NCBI GenBank assembly: GCA_020536535.1
Contig: JAHLWZ010000498.1
Span: 1-64,000, forward strand
From: Pelomyxa schiedti
Taxonomy: Eukaryota; Protista; Evosea
Reading direction: 5' to 3'
DNA: 64,000 nt
Position 1 is the first letter of the stretch. Each line of letters starts with the position of its first letter. The notes under the pieces are model-generated. The model searched no databases. It worked only from the letters and a program-made list of their open reading frames with translations, and was not told the origin of the DNA. Made by a program: the position numbers and the translations under genes. This document shows positions 24,108 through 38,970 of the stretch, piece by piece.

Positions 24108-27100
24108 ATGGCAAGCGGAAGTAGCGACAGCAGCATGGAACCGGAGTTGCTGTTGGCGATAGCGTTGTCAAAGGCGATTAACAACACGGCACCTGCACTT
24201 ACGTCCCCATCCACAACCACAGCGGCTTCGTCGTCGTGCGGCGCCCCGGATGCCGCATCGCCGCCGCAATCCGAATTGACCTCCTCAACTACCACGACAA
24301 CGTCTTCATCTTCCTCTTCGTCGGCCAGCGCGACGCCTACAACTACGGCGGCGACTACAACCACCAGCACTAGTTCGTCGTCTTCAAATGGGACTTCACA
24401 GAGTGCAACTGGCAAGACGGATGAGACGGAATGTGACATTTTCCAGGTTGTTGGTGACTTTTGGGTGTCGCGTGCCGAGAATGCATGCTAACGTCACTAT
24501 TTTAGAAGTACTTGGAGTCGTTGGACAGTGCTCTTCGGAAAGATTCGTTTCCAAATACAGAGGAGGCTCCTTCTTTACTCGTGACATTGTGTGTTCTGCT
24601 GGATCATGAATCTCACCGAATGGAGGATTCACACACGATTGGTGAGTCCATTCTCCAGAATACCTCTTCAGGTGAATTGCCTCTCACCTTGAATGATCTT
24701 AGACCCAACCAATGTGGCCACTGTTTCACAACTGTTGTCTTTGGTGAGCACTTGCATACTAAGGGCTAGGCCATCTTTGGTTACACAGGTAGAACCTGTA
24801 GGACAATCTATTTTGCGGTTTGTGTCCTCAGCCTTTGGGATTCCCTCTGCAAGTATAACTTCACCTGTGTGTTTCTGGGCAAACTGGCCTTTTCCATAAC
24901 ATCTTTACAGTGTGATCCCAGATTGTACCTTTTTCCTGTTGTTGAAATTTTGTGCTCTACCCCAACGGCCCCCCCACGTATTGACGAACTCCGCAAGTCC
25001 ACTTCTGTTGTGTGCGGGGCACTTCCACCCCCTTTCTCTGCCTCTGCGGTGCAGTTGTGCAGCGACCATTTAAAAAAGAAGACTGTTGGTCCAATTTCAA
25101 CAAGTGTGACAATGAGTATTCTCCTTAAAAGCCTTATTTGTCAACAGGAATAGATTTTCAAGATACGATTTATCAATTCGTGCATGCATCATCACCACCA
25201 ATCACCAGCCTATCAGCTGAGACACCCAAAGCCGATTACCTCACACAGTGGAGGAAAAATAATTCTAAATACTTCTCAAATATAGGAGGAATAAAGAATA
25301 TGCTTGAAGTGTGTCATCATAGCTGGTGCAAATTTAGAAAAATACCTATCACCCCCACAGCAGTTGCAACTTCTACACCCACCCCTAATCTGCCAAAACC
25401 CACAACACCTGAAGAAGCAACGGAACCTCTGAGCAAACGCCCAAGGGCCCAGTTATTGGGGCTGTCAACATCAATTCCAGTCCTCAGCCTTGGTGAGTTT
25501 ACTCATAACCTACTGGGTCTCTTGCGAACAGCTCTTGAAACTCTAGGTAATACTCAGTTCCTCGATACTGGCCTTCTTAGAATGTATTTTAGATGTCTTT
25601 TCCTTGAATTATTTAACAGAAATCATTCCACACATTCTATGGGCTCATGAAAGGGAGCTACTGTTTTCTGAGAAAATTAATTTTGGTGCTCCATTTACTG
25701 ATGTATGTCCAACCATTCAAACTCTTTACTCCTTGTTTAACGATGCAATTAAGGTCATAACTGGTTTAAAGCAAATAGTGGAAAGCCACTTCCCTTCACA
25801 TCTTGTTGCAGATTGGAAGGTGCCAATTAATTTAAAGTTGTATCTGTAGTTTAACAACTTGTCAATTTAATAGGAGCGGATTTCCATTACCATCCTCAAT
25901 AATATTTCCAAAATTTCTCCTGGTTTGGATGCACTCCTTATTGGAGCAAGTGCAGGTACAATATGCATTGGTCCATCAGGCGCACTAGCCCAGAGTGCAT
26001 TTACATCCACTTCCCTTTTGGATGCCAGTTCAGCTCCTTGCAGTTGCGCACGAAGTGACTTTGAGAACACATGTGTTGCACTTCTGAAGCAAATGCCACA
26101 ACTTGTGCTGTCCCTTTCTATGCTTGGTGATGTCTCGAAGCAGTCCAGAGGGAATTTCATTGGTGGAGTAGTTCTTGATGTTGTATTCCAAGCGATCATC
26201 ACTATGATGTTATTGGTGAGACTTTTATGCTTCATTTCTTTCACTCACAAATGACCCAGGCAGGCAGGCAGTTCAGAGACAAACCACTCGTTCCACTCCC
26301 ACAACTTATTGGCTTCATGGATGTCCCATTAAAAAAGATCACAACCCCCACCCAACCCACTGCAACCACTGCCCCCTCAGTCCCACCATCCCAGTCTAGT
26401 TCCGCCAATACAGAACCAACAGAAGGAGGTGCACAGTATTTTTTTTCCCCCATTACTCTCCTTACCTGTTTATAGCCTTTGATGGCGATTTTGGTAATCT
26501 ATTTGATGAGGATCTTACACCAGTGCTCTCTAATACCGTCACAAAAGCAGACAAAGTTGTTTCTTTTTTAACCTACTTTCAACTTATGCCAGTAGGGGGT
26601 TGCTCAGGAAAAATTCAAGCAAGATGAGGTGAAACCTTTCAGTATTGTTCTGGGTTTACTCATCGACTTCTGCAAAGACAGACTTTTTAGCACTCAGTCT
26701 TCTTGTGCTTTCCAAGACCAAATTAGGTGAATCCAACATTTACTTTTCCCTCATTTCTCTGAATGCCATACTTAGGAATTCTATTCGAGCCAATCACTTT
26801 GAAACTCTGCTTCGTATTTATGATAGCCAATCACCCTTGTTTCCATCTGTCCTACATTCTTGTGGAAGTAACTTTCCTTTTGTTTACAATACCGTCAGCG
26901 TAACTTGGTTGCTAGAACACTCCATGGGGCCAATAGTCTCTGACATCAAGATTCAATCTCGATTTAGAGATTTGGCTAAAACTATTTCTACCTTTTCTAT
27001 ACCTGTGGAGCTGGTCCAAGTTACCTTTTTCTTTTTTTGTTTTGTAGAACTTACCAAGTTGACTACAAATACCCAGAACTCTCTGTTTGATGCCGTGCTC

Positions 27101-30100
27101 AAATCTTACCAAACTTTTGTACCCCTTGAAACACTGATTTTGATCGTTCATATTTGGATTGCAAAACCTGCTTCCTGTATTTAAAACTCACTTCTTACTT
27201 CATCTTAACAGTAACAGACACAACTTTTTCTGGGAAAATGTGGAAGACAACTCTGAAATCGTTACATGGTCTGGTATTCAGCAGTCCAGTTCAGGTACTA
27301 AGGCTCTCCATGTGACCCCACCCAAGCGGACAACGATTTACAGATGCATGAAGTCTTAAGCTACGAAACTCTACTGTTTTTGTTTGTGCTTTACCACTCG
27401 CTCTCTGAGCAAGACCAATTCGAATTATTCAAGCAGTGTGCCCATGACCTTCTTGATTGTGCAGGATTTCAAACAACCTCACCTTCTTCCAACCTTGCCC
27501 GTTGCCGACTTGCAATGCTGTTTACCTGTATGATATTGTTGTCCTTTGAACTCCACTCAGTTTGTCATCAGATTTACTGAGGCAAAGGCATATGCCCACA
27601 TTCTTACTTCCCGCATTTGCAAAGAACGTGATGTCCAGGTGCTCTGTTCCTCTGTCTCCAATACAGGTACTACACACGTTCTACAGCCCAATCCCCAACC
27701 TCACAAACCTCAGGAAGCCTTCCCTCGCACTTGTGTGCAGTCTTCAATGGTACCCATGTTCAGTGATATGTGGTTGCAGCTGTCACAGGAAGAAATGGAG
27801 TACTTCACTTCTTCTCTTTCTTGGTATCATCCTCACTCCAACTGCAGGATTGTGCCTTTTGGACATGTTACATTCTATGATGTTCCACTGGAGTCACCCA
27901 GTTTTCAAGAGATGGAACAGCACACAAAACGTGCATTGGCAGTCTCAAGTGCTTTGGAAATTCCCTACAATTCGTTTTTCTCCAAGATGTGCTTGTTATT
28001 GAATGTGCATTGTAGCCCCGGGCAATCTCGAGGTTGAATTACATTCTTAGAGTCAATGTTTCTTTGTTTCTTATATGTTTAGAGGTGCTCATCCCTGATT
28101 ATTGTTTCCACTCATATTGGCGTCTTATGTGGAGCTTACCACCACCAAAACAATTTATACAATCCTGTCTGTCCGTCAATTCAACCGATTTGGTTTGACT
28201 CCTTGGTATTGAAAATGAACTAACGTTGTCTTAGTCACTTAGTAATGTAAACTTACTAATGTACACTTGGTCCGCCAGATTACTGTTCTCAACAGGTTCT
28301 GTCTACTCTTTTAAAGCACTCTTTTACTGACCTATTCCAGGAAAACTCAAGGAATTTGTTAATTCTCTTGCTGGGGGAATACCATTTACTGAAATTCTCA
28401 CGGTTTTTTTAATGAGATTCAAACTCCCTCCTAAACTGCCACAGGCATTCATAAGTATTTTGGTAAAACTAGCCTCACAAGCTTCCATGGCCAACACCTC
28501 TGTACGTGAATCCTCCAATGCTGCAGTTGCGGCTACAGTGCTATTCAATGCTATCTCAACTCCACAAAGACTGCAGGCCGACTCAACAGCTGCACCCAAG
28601 CCGATTCCTCCACCAGCAGGTCCTCTGTCGTCAAGTTCTACAGTCACTCCTAAGAAAGCGGAGGTTGCGTATATCATCTTTTTTTTCCTTATAAAAATGG
28701 CTAATATTTGCTTTAGTCAATGACTTTTGCTGAAGCCTTGGAAAAGGAATTAGGGTTGAGTGAGAAAAAAATTTCCAAGGTCTCCTTCCTATCTAACAAT
28801 ACAATCACTAATCTCTTCCAGAAAGAAGTCGAAAAGCTAAAGTCACCATCACCACCTCTTACGACTAAAGAGAGAACAAAGGACAAAGAAGACTGTCATA
28901 GTACCATGGCGGACAACACCCTAGAGAATGTGCCAACTGAAGTGAGGGAAGCTGCAGCGACTGTTGTTAAAACCCACGGTGCGCAGCTCTGTGGTGCCCT
29001 AAGTAAGCTCATTGAGCACTGCATGAACATCTTCAGGCTTTCTTCCTGTTGAATTTAGTCCACAGAAATAACTGACACTCCTTTAGAACACACCAATTAC
29101 TGGCCTTGATTAAAGCAGAGGATATTTCCGCAGAAAAAGCAAGAATTATAGAACTTCTCCTCGCCTGTGGTTTTGAGTCGACGGCGATCTCTTCATCACT
29201 CAAGGTATTTAGTTCCTTATTATTACTTCATGTTGATGTGGTTGTTAAAAAAAACCACAATACAGGCCCTTGGTTTATCTTCGTCTGCTATTGACTCGAT
29301 CAAAATGTGGGGTGAGTGGAAGCAAGCACCATCTTCTTCAACTTTACCTGAAGATACGGTATGAGACGTTCCAGCAGGGTAGAGTTGTCCTAATTTCTAC
29401 CACAGTTCCTCCGGATTGTGTTGAACCATCCATCTCCATCTATACCAACTTCATTACTTGTATTGTATGCAAGAACAGGGATTTTTCCTAAGTTGCTAAC
29501 CTCAATTTTCCAGTGAATCTTGCTTTCAACATTTGTTGGCCCTTTATGTTCACCTCTGCAAGGCGCTACAGGGCTATGGTTGTACTCCCATAACAGCACT
29601 GGCACTAACTTAATAATGAGATTTGGAGGCCTTCACAGCTGTCCTTCCCAGTATCTTAAAATTATCGAATGAGTATCAATTTTCGTATTTGCATTCTGTC
29701 TGCAATGATATCGTCAATAACCTCCGAGAGAAGCCATACCAAACCCTTTACCGCTTTGATTGCACTCAACGGTTCTTGTATGAACTTGCAGATCCCAGTG
29801 CCACCAAGAACATTGTTGCTTGCCAGAGAAGTGTTCTTAGCGCATTTGATGTCCTTATTTACTCGGTATCAACTGGTGTGACTACTGGTACGGGCACCAT
29901 ATTTCCACTACTTATCCTTAACTGCACAAAAAAGAAAAATCAATCAATTGGACCTCCATAATGAAAATAGCGTTGACCACCAATGATGATGATATATTAA
30001 CACACCTGGGTGATTTAATGCGCACAATCTCACAGAAAGGCACAGAGAAAAATCCCTAACCTTTTCAACCTAAAATTTCAAAACAGGGAATTTCGAGCTG

Positions 30101-33100
30101 AAAGAATCAATTCGCGAGCAGATTTTGGCATTTGATTCTGTTATGCTTGGTTGTGGAATTCCTCTTGCCCTAATTACTCACGTTTACCTTAACAGATAAA
30201 TGGCTTTCTCAGTTGTTACCATCCAAAGATCAGCCACAGCGTGTTTCTAGTCAACATTCAGGTTTAAACAAACAAAAAGCTCAAGCACTAATTCTCATCC
30301 AGCTTTTCTTGAAAATATTGTTGGAAAAACCAAATCTAAATTCGGTGAGCACATATTCAGGCACTTACTGCACCAACTTTCACCTCCTTTTACATTTTCT
30401 GGTTCCTTGCATGTAAGTCTTCACTTTCAAGTTATTTTACTTAGAATTTTTGTTAAGACGTTCTTCTCACTCCTGGGGAAACTTGCTGCTATTCAAGAAA
30501 TGAAAAGTGAACTGATTGATGCAATTACTTTAATTTTAGATGTCTCCAGTAAGATCTAGTTGCCAGCATCAACGCTGTTGACTCCCTCAATAGAAATTGA
30601 TGTATCAAGCCCTGGAATATTGTCTCTGCTGGAATTCTTGCATCGCCAAGTGCATGGAAGAGACACGGCTGCCACAAGTTTGCCTCCTCCCACTCATGTA
30701 ATTCTAACACAAACTCAACCTAGAAACCACTCCTAAGAGCAAAGAAGATGTTGATTGGCGCTACAATGCAAAAGAAACAACAGGTTTCCATAAGAGATTA
30801 TGTACATACACCACAACTGGGAAAAGTTATGTGGAGCAGCCATGGTTAGTAAACTGGCATCTTTGTAGTGCCAAGTTTTTCACCCCTGAAAAAGGTATTA
30901 CTGTTATTCATGCCCTCTAACATTTTCTGAGGGATGCTGTTCCGTTTGTGCCCGAGTTTGCCACAAGGGACACGATGTAATTAATTTCTCCATATCCATC
31001 ACTGTTGGCCAATGTTGGTTTAGGTAAGCTTTGCACGTATAAGTACCTTCTACTGTGACTGTGGTGCTGGCAAATGTAAGTGCCAAGCACTGGTTCAACG
31101 TCCTGAGCCACCTTCTTCTTCCACTGTGTGTAGTCAACTTGTGTTACTTATAGTAGCCTTACATCCTAAACAAAAAAGCCTCCACCAGCCCCACCCCCTC
31201 CTCCAGCTCCCAAAGCAACAGCTTCCTCTTCTGTGATACCAATGGAAGGTATCACCAAAGACGATGATGATGTTGCAATGGTTCCCATTACGAATAATGA
31301 ACAAATAGGAGCTGCTCTTATCCAGTATAACTCCAAATAACCACCACTCCCACTCACCATTGTTTTAAAAAATCAGGTTCTTGGGCAGTTTAATTGAAAA
31401 GACAAGGGCAAAAGCACTTCCACAGGAGGCAGTCGTGATCAAATCTGACAATACTAAACTCTTCACAAATTCAAAAAAAGTAATTTCTGAGGGCACTCTG
31501 TATCGGCCAAAGAGAGCCATTAAGGCAGGCGCTTTTGAGGTGAAACTTAAGGACAGTTCTGCAACCAGAGAGTTACTGAGTATGATGTCAGCAGGAAATG
31601 TCTCACGGTCACTGCTTGCCACCACCCAGCAAGGGTAACACGTTTAATATCAACTTTCCTGTGTTAGTTCTTATTTCTGTACCTTTCAGTCTCGTCATGA
31701 TTGCAGAGAACGATAAATTGAGTGTTGTTTCAATGGAGCGCCTGCTGGAAGATGGTCCTTCTTCTATGGATAAAGTAAGCTCTTTCTGTTTCCGTGCTAT
31801 TGTGTAATTTGTACATTGCAGGGCCTGTTGCATACCCACACTAAAGCACAGCTCGCATTTGATATTGTGGGGATGGCAGTCAATGCAATAAATGATCTGC
31901 ATGTAGCCGCCTTTGGCCTTCATGACTGTCGTGTCTTAGTCTTTGAGACGTCACACAATGACATAAAATTTACCCTGAACGTGAACCTGGAAGATGCCTC
32001 ACCAACACGATCTCTTGCAGCTTCCAGTGCAGCTCCTCAATACTGGCTGAGGAGTGTGGAGTGGCTTCCTGGCTCGGAAGTGGCGTTGTGTGTGGCTACC
32101 AACGATTTTGTGAAAGTCTTCGATTTGTCACACAGCAACACCACACCAATACATCAGTTCAACCTCCTGGAAGATGGAATTGCTGGATGCGCGCTCGTGC
32201 CTGTTACCCGCTCTCCCTCAAGGCCTACTCAATCTGGTGTACAATGCCTAGCTGTTGTGGTTTCCATGTTGGATTTTTCCCCTCTAGTTTGTTCTTACAT
32301 TTTTTTCCCTAAGGTCTGGCATTTTGTGGATACAACCTATCGACAGTTCCATGGACTCGGACATGATTCTTGCTACTATGACAATAACCTTACCCACTGA
32401 AATGTCTGCAAAGCAAGCAAAAACTGTCTTTTGGGCAAAGGAAATTCAAGCTCTTATTGTTTCATTCAAAGATGGAATTTGCATTGCCGGTAGGAAAGTT
32501 TATTGATGCTTGTACTTATTTCTTCCACCCAGGTCACGTTGTGGAGAACAAGCCATCATCATACACATTGGAAGACACTTTCTTTATTTGCAAGGATTCG
32601 AAGCTTGGCTACTTCCCATTTACCAATTGGGCAGAAGTCTCCGTGCAAGTACTCTTTTCTGTACTGGCTTCGCCCATTTAATTCCCGTTATTCAAAAAGC
32701 CTGGCACTTTTGTCAGCATGTCCCCAAAATCTGAAGTAACTGTTGTCACTTCAATATCTGATTCCAAAGTCCAGCTTCAACCTCTGAGACCTTTCTCCTC
32801 GTCTTCTAAAACAAGTGGTGTGAGTGTTGAGGGTGTGGCTGTTTTACCTCAGAAACCGTCTGTCCTTTTAATACTGCTAGAGGATGGGAGGTTTAACAAC
32901 ATCCCTGCCCCACATTCCCCTTACATTTTTTTTTTGGTTTTTTTTTTCAGCTTATGTCGTTACGATCTTATTGGTGCTGAAGAAACATCCAAAGCAAAGA
33001 AATCTGCTGGCACTGTAGAAAAGGTAAAACTTCATCTCCACCCTCCTTCTGCTTCCATTTATGTATAGGATAAAAACCCTGCATTCCCTCTGGACTTCTT

Positions 33101-36100
33101 TGAGCATGTGGAAAACATCACAGCTGATATTACCCTTGCAGGAGATGTAGTTTTCACTCCCATCTACTCCAACTTACTCGGCAATAGATTCTACAGGCAT
33201 ACACGTCAGATCAAGCAAAAGCCAGATTGGCCAAGAATGATGAGTATCTGGTCAGCCCACATGCAGATCACTTCGATATTACAATTCAAAACAGTGATTC
33301 CTCCCGTGTGATGGTGGGAATAAGAGTTTTAGTTGGGAATGCTTCTTTACAGGTTTGTGGTTCCATGCTCAATGCTTTTTTAATGTTGTGTAGCATGTCC
33401 CTGAGACATTCCAACTCTTTGGTCGAAGCATTCGCACCAAAGAAGCTGCAAGAAGGTGGTATGACATTCCATTCACCATTGAAGAAGCCATGAGTGCTGA
33501 CAAAGAGTTCACGATACAAGCAAACGGTTGTTACAACTCTAGCAACAAGCCTGTGGTTGATTCTCTTGAGGTTTGTTTCTCCCAACAACACCTTTGTCGC
33601 TGATGTGGAATAGGTATATGCCCTATCCAAATCTGAATTTGGGTGGAAAGAAAAACACGAGGGAAAGCAGAGGGCAAAAGAGGAAACCACAGAAAAGAGG
33701 TATTCTCACTCTTTCACAGAGTTAGTGATTGAAGAAATTTAGTCCAATTGAAATCGCCATATCCCATGCCATTACTTCGGTGTCAGCATGCCTGTCACCA
33801 TCTCACAGTGAGATCCCCTAAATTTAATTGCTTTACATTGTCACATGGTAACAACCACTATAGCTCCTGCTGCACTTCTGCAACAAGCTGCCAATTTGTT
33901 GTCACCCTTACTTCTTGACACTTCCCTAAGTAAGTTGCACCAGAGCATCAAGCAAGCCCTTCGGCAAATGTATCCTTCATCAAAGCAATACCATTGGGTA
34001 AAAGACCATGCCGCGATGTCTCAAGCATTGACTGCAGCCACATCAAGCACCTTCCTGAAGTAAGCCTGATTTCATTCAAGCCTACTTAATCCAACTCCTT
34101 CTTAGCATGGACATTTTTGAGAATACTGTGGAAATGCTTGGTGGTATCTTCAAAAAGAGGTCAGATAACTTCAATTCCTTCTTTGGCGCAAAGGACTCAG
34201 AGTGCTGTACGAGTTTTGCCCCTGCACTTCTTTCGGAGTTTACCCGGCTTGCATCAAAATACGGGTCACAATCATTAGAGACTGTCGCCTCAGCATTGGC
34301 AAATACTTTCATTGGATATGCTGTTCACTTGCACAATACAAATCCAACATTGGAAGGGTTGTTTATCTCATTATTCTGGACTTAGTGAACTTATCTTTTT
34401 CGAACAGGCTGGCTCCAGCTTTCAAGTTGCTCTGGGAGCTGTTAGTCTTCCCCTCGGAGTCTGTGAGGACTGCAACAGCTAATGCCATATGCGATTTCTT
34501 AAGGTTAGTCCTTTACCTCTGTAGTGGAAGCTAAGTTACTGCTCTGTAGTGCAACTGCCGCCCCTCCCCCGGCTACAAATAAACCTGTGCCCGTACCCTC
34601 CGAAGGGCCTCCAGGAATGTTTTTCAGTTGTGATTTATGTGGGGTGTTACCTATTGTTGGGTCAAGATGGCATTGCGAAGTATGCAAGGACTTCGATTTG
34701 TGTCAAAAATGCCATAGGTATATTTCTGTTGTATGATATCGGGTTCTAACAGGTTCTCCAGTAAGGAGGATGCCACATTCAAAGGAGGCCATTTGTCCTC
34801 CCACAACATGACATGCCACGTACCCACACCTTTGGAGAAGAACGCAGAATCTAGTAGATCTCTCTTGAATACCTAACCTGTTTAACTCGATGCTAGAAAA
34901 AGTTCCTTCTTTTGCTGAATCTATGGTACCCAAGGGGGTTGACCCAACAGATGAACAGACACTCATAAAGATGGCAATTGAACTCAGCCTTTCTGATGCA
35001 ACTCGAATTTCCCCCCTGCTTCCTTCAACTCCTGTATCACCCGAGGCTCCAATAGTAGACAGTGAACAACCTCAGAGCAAAACATCCCAAGCTACACCTA
35101 CTGAACCCGTGAAATCAACTTCTCCCCCACCAGAAAATACACAATCACCAATGACAACAGAAACAATTGGAGCACCCAGTGCAACTGAGACATCAACCGC
35201 GGCACCCTCTTCGGCGACTCCAACAACAACCACTGCATCTTCGAGTAATGTGGAAACCACCTCTACATCCTCGACATCCACATCACAAGAAACACCACCA
35301 ACTGCAGTAGAGACCAAGAAAATCTCTTTGCCTAATCTTCTTTTCCATTCCTTACTCACCTACTATCCAACACTCAGAGCAATGGGTGGCTTGAAAGCAC
35401 TTGCTTACATGCAGGTTTAAACCATTTCCACAAAAAGGGAATTCAAAGTTAACCTTCTCTTTTCCAGTGTCTATTTTGGCTTGTTTGCCACTTCAGCAAC
35501 AACGAACCTACGGGGGAGCTCGTCGAGAAACTGTGTGTAGCGTTACTGCACCCTGAACTCCAATCTGGCGTCACACTTATGTCCCGATCCCCTCCAACTG
35601 AAGTTTCCTCCTCACCACCTCGCTTCGTTCTTAACAGTTCTTAGGTTGATCTACTGGGGTTAATGTTACTTATGTCTCTGGTTCAATCTCACGATAAAGA
35701 CTCCGAAACAGATGAAAAGTCCGAGCTGGTTTGTATTCTTGTACTTATAGTAAGTAAGTAACTTTCTTTGTAGGCTCTAGCTGAGTTCCGTCGTGTCTCT
35801 AAGAAACGACATGAAAAAACCGGGACAACTTTGACTGTTCCAACTGTTGTACGCCAGAATGTCAGTAGCCGCTTACTCCTTAGCCGAGTGCCTGATTTCC
35901 TTTTGGTAAGCCTTGCCCTTTTGAGACCTTATTGAAAATATTCTAGGCAATGCTTGATAAACTCTTCGGACAAATTAAAGCCCAGCCAAAAACTCCTGTA
36001 GAAAAGGACTCCGTACTTCTTTTAATGGCTCGATCTGACACGGTAGGTTATTCCAGTTAATAACTCCTGATATCAACATTACACCCCAGATTACCTACAA

Positions 36101-38695
36101 CATTAAGCAACCATTTTTCCCTGAGAAGTACGTCAAAGACAATGCACGAGATCTTTTTGGGCAATTCCACAACCTCATCTCTGAGACACTAATGTCACTT
36201 GCACTGTATCTTCATAGGTGGTTATCCCGTAGCTTTCTTTAATTCAGTCTCATTGTAATAAAACCTAAGATCGGAGAGGATCGTTCTCAAAGCACCTGAC
36301 GCACCACCAAAACACCAGTACTTCGCAATAGAGTGGAGCCCACTTGCATGCAAATTCGTCAATACCAAGAGGTTCAACTTCATGAAAAACGTGAGCAAAC
36401 TTGTTCTGCGGTCACTTTGTCGAACTCGTATCAGGTATTCTTAAAGAACAACATTTTTTCTCGGTTAAGTCAAATTTAAGATACCATGAGTGCAAGGATC
36501 AGTACCAAATTGAGTCTTTGTGGTCGAAAGTCTCTGCCTTGGCTTCTGGATCCCACTCGTTTTCTGATGAACTTACCTATAATACAAATGTCAAATTGGT
36601 TGGGATTTTATCCAAGCTCACCAAAGTACATCCGTTCCTGCTTTCCGTCATCGTATAACAGCGAAGAAAGGTTTCATCTGAGCGACCTTACCACTGGCAG
36701 CAGTTCTGTATTGAGCGCAACCCAATACCTTCAGTGATCTTATTTGCACTGAAGCTTGCAGCTGCCGCCGTTGATGACTCACCACTTTTCTTCCTAAAGC
36801 TTCTTTCCAGCTCAGTGTGTGTGGAACAAGTGCAAGTGCGCCTTCCGAACCACATTTTAGTGGATGTCAACTTATAACATACAGAATACCAAAGTTGAAG
36901 CCGCAACTGAAAAACCTACTGCCTCGGCCTCACCTACCCCTCTCAGTCTTATAATCGAGACCCCAAAGCTGGAGAAGAAAGATTTGTCCCACCCACCACC
37001 GCCACCTGAGAAAGATCCAAAGAAAAAAGAGAAGCTTCATGGACTGGAAAGAAAGGGGAAGATTCATAAAGAACGCAGAGTACGACACCATATATCACTC
37101 GTCTCACCCTCCTAACCACATCAACAAAGGAAGCAGAGTTAGCTGTTAAAATTGATCGGATGAAAGTAGAGATACCCGTTTTCATTGGGAAACTCTCAAA
37201 TGACCCTACATTCTTGAGTCTCCTGTCAAAACTCGTTAATGTGTTTGTGTTGGATTTCAACAACTCTGCAGTTCGGATAGAAGCATGGTAACAGCTCTCA
37301 TTTCTTTTTCCAAATTCACAGGCTCCAGTTCTTATATTAAGGGTTTTTGGCAAATGAGTCCACCAGATAAGAAGAAAGTTATCTCAAACCTTCTTTGGGA
37401 AAAGATGCCCCAGGCACCTGCTTATGGCCGCAATTCCACACAATTTGTGGAATTGCTGATATCTTTGGTGTCACAGGTTTACCCCTTTCTTATCATAAGC
37501 CCTATTTATAGAACACTATACAGTCACCCGAGGCTGGGGTTGGTCATGAAACGGAAATGTTTAATTTATTATCTGAACAAAATCGCTTGTTAAACGACCA
37601 TCCAAATGCTTTCATTTACCAAGCTCTTGAATCTGTACTCGATTTCGACGGGTATTTCTTCCTTTAACTCGTTTCCTTGTTTTCATGAGCAACAGATACT
37701 ATTTAGAGAACGAACCTTGTCTCGTTTGCAATGACCCTGAAGTGCCTTTTACACCAATCAAATTATCAGCTATCAAAGCAGAATTGAAATTTACCGATTG
37801 CACACAGGTGGCTCTTTCGTTTTCGCTTTTTTTTTTCTTTTTTTGCTTTAATACTTCGTAGATTGTAAAGTTACAGAGTAGCCACACAATACAAAGTGTG
37901 CTGATAAGAATTTCTGACATGAAAAAGTCGAAGATGGTCAAGTCCATCAACATCTACTACAACAATAAGGTAGAAGTTTGTGTCGAAGGTTCTTTTTTTT
38001 TAACAAATTTAGCCTGTTGTTGACCTTTCCGAGCTTAAAGGAAAATGGTCACAATGGAAAAAAGCTAAAGTATGTCCTGTTGCACAATCACAGACTGAAG
38101 TGAAGGGCGACTTCGCTATACCAATAACAGCAATAAATCTTTTGATCGAATTTGCTAGTTTTTATGATAACACCCAAGTACCTTTTTCATTCTCTCAGAC
38201 TAAAATTCTTATTCATCACTACAGCCAGCAACCGAGAAACTACAATGCCCCCGTTGCAGCAAAGTGGTAACAGACAAACATGGAATATGCCGTCAGTGCC
38301 ACGAAAATGCATACCAATGCCGCCAGTGTCGCAACATCAATTATGAGCACCTTGATGCGTTCCTGGTCTGCTCTCTCTCTCTTGTTCTCACTCACAACGC
38401 GTTTTCCAACCCTCCGTTCTAATCTTCCTTTCCAATACAGTGCAATGAATGTGGCTATTGTAAGTTCGCGAAGTTTGAAATTACTCTGTCTGCCAAACCA
38501 AGCTTTGCCGCAGAAAGAATAGAGACAGACCAAGACATGAAGAAGGGTCTGGACACAATAGACACCGAGTCACAGAATGCCCACAAAAGGTACCCCCACA
38601 AAGCAACATCCCAACAAATACTCAACATTCTCCACAGGTATTCACAGCTGGCCTCTTTCAGGACTCCCCTCGCTAGGGTGGCCAGTCACATGTGA
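24108..38695 (+). CDS. UBR4: UBR4/p600/BIG-like giant protein, C-terminally short
   Basis: UBR box ([14 protein letters not shown]), beta-propeller, DOC-like [10 protein letters not shown] finger ([28 protein letters not shown]), [50 protein letters not shown]. Confidence 0.93.
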
Positions 38696-38970
38696 ACTTC
38701 ATTTTTGTTGTGTGTAAGGTGGTAAAAAAAAGGAGAAGAAACTCAATAAAGAGCCCTAAAAGAAAGTGCTCTGTCTTTTTCCTTTGGGCTCTTACACGAA
38801 CTGACAAAGTTGATTTCGTCTGATCGCCTCTCATGTGCCCAAAAACAAAGAAAAGCCGGGAAAAAAAATATCAATATCGGAAAATATGGGTCTCACATCA
38901 CCAGAGGCAAACAACAACAAACCACTTTCTTCTAGTGCATACAAATGAAAAAAACAAAAAACCAAACACA

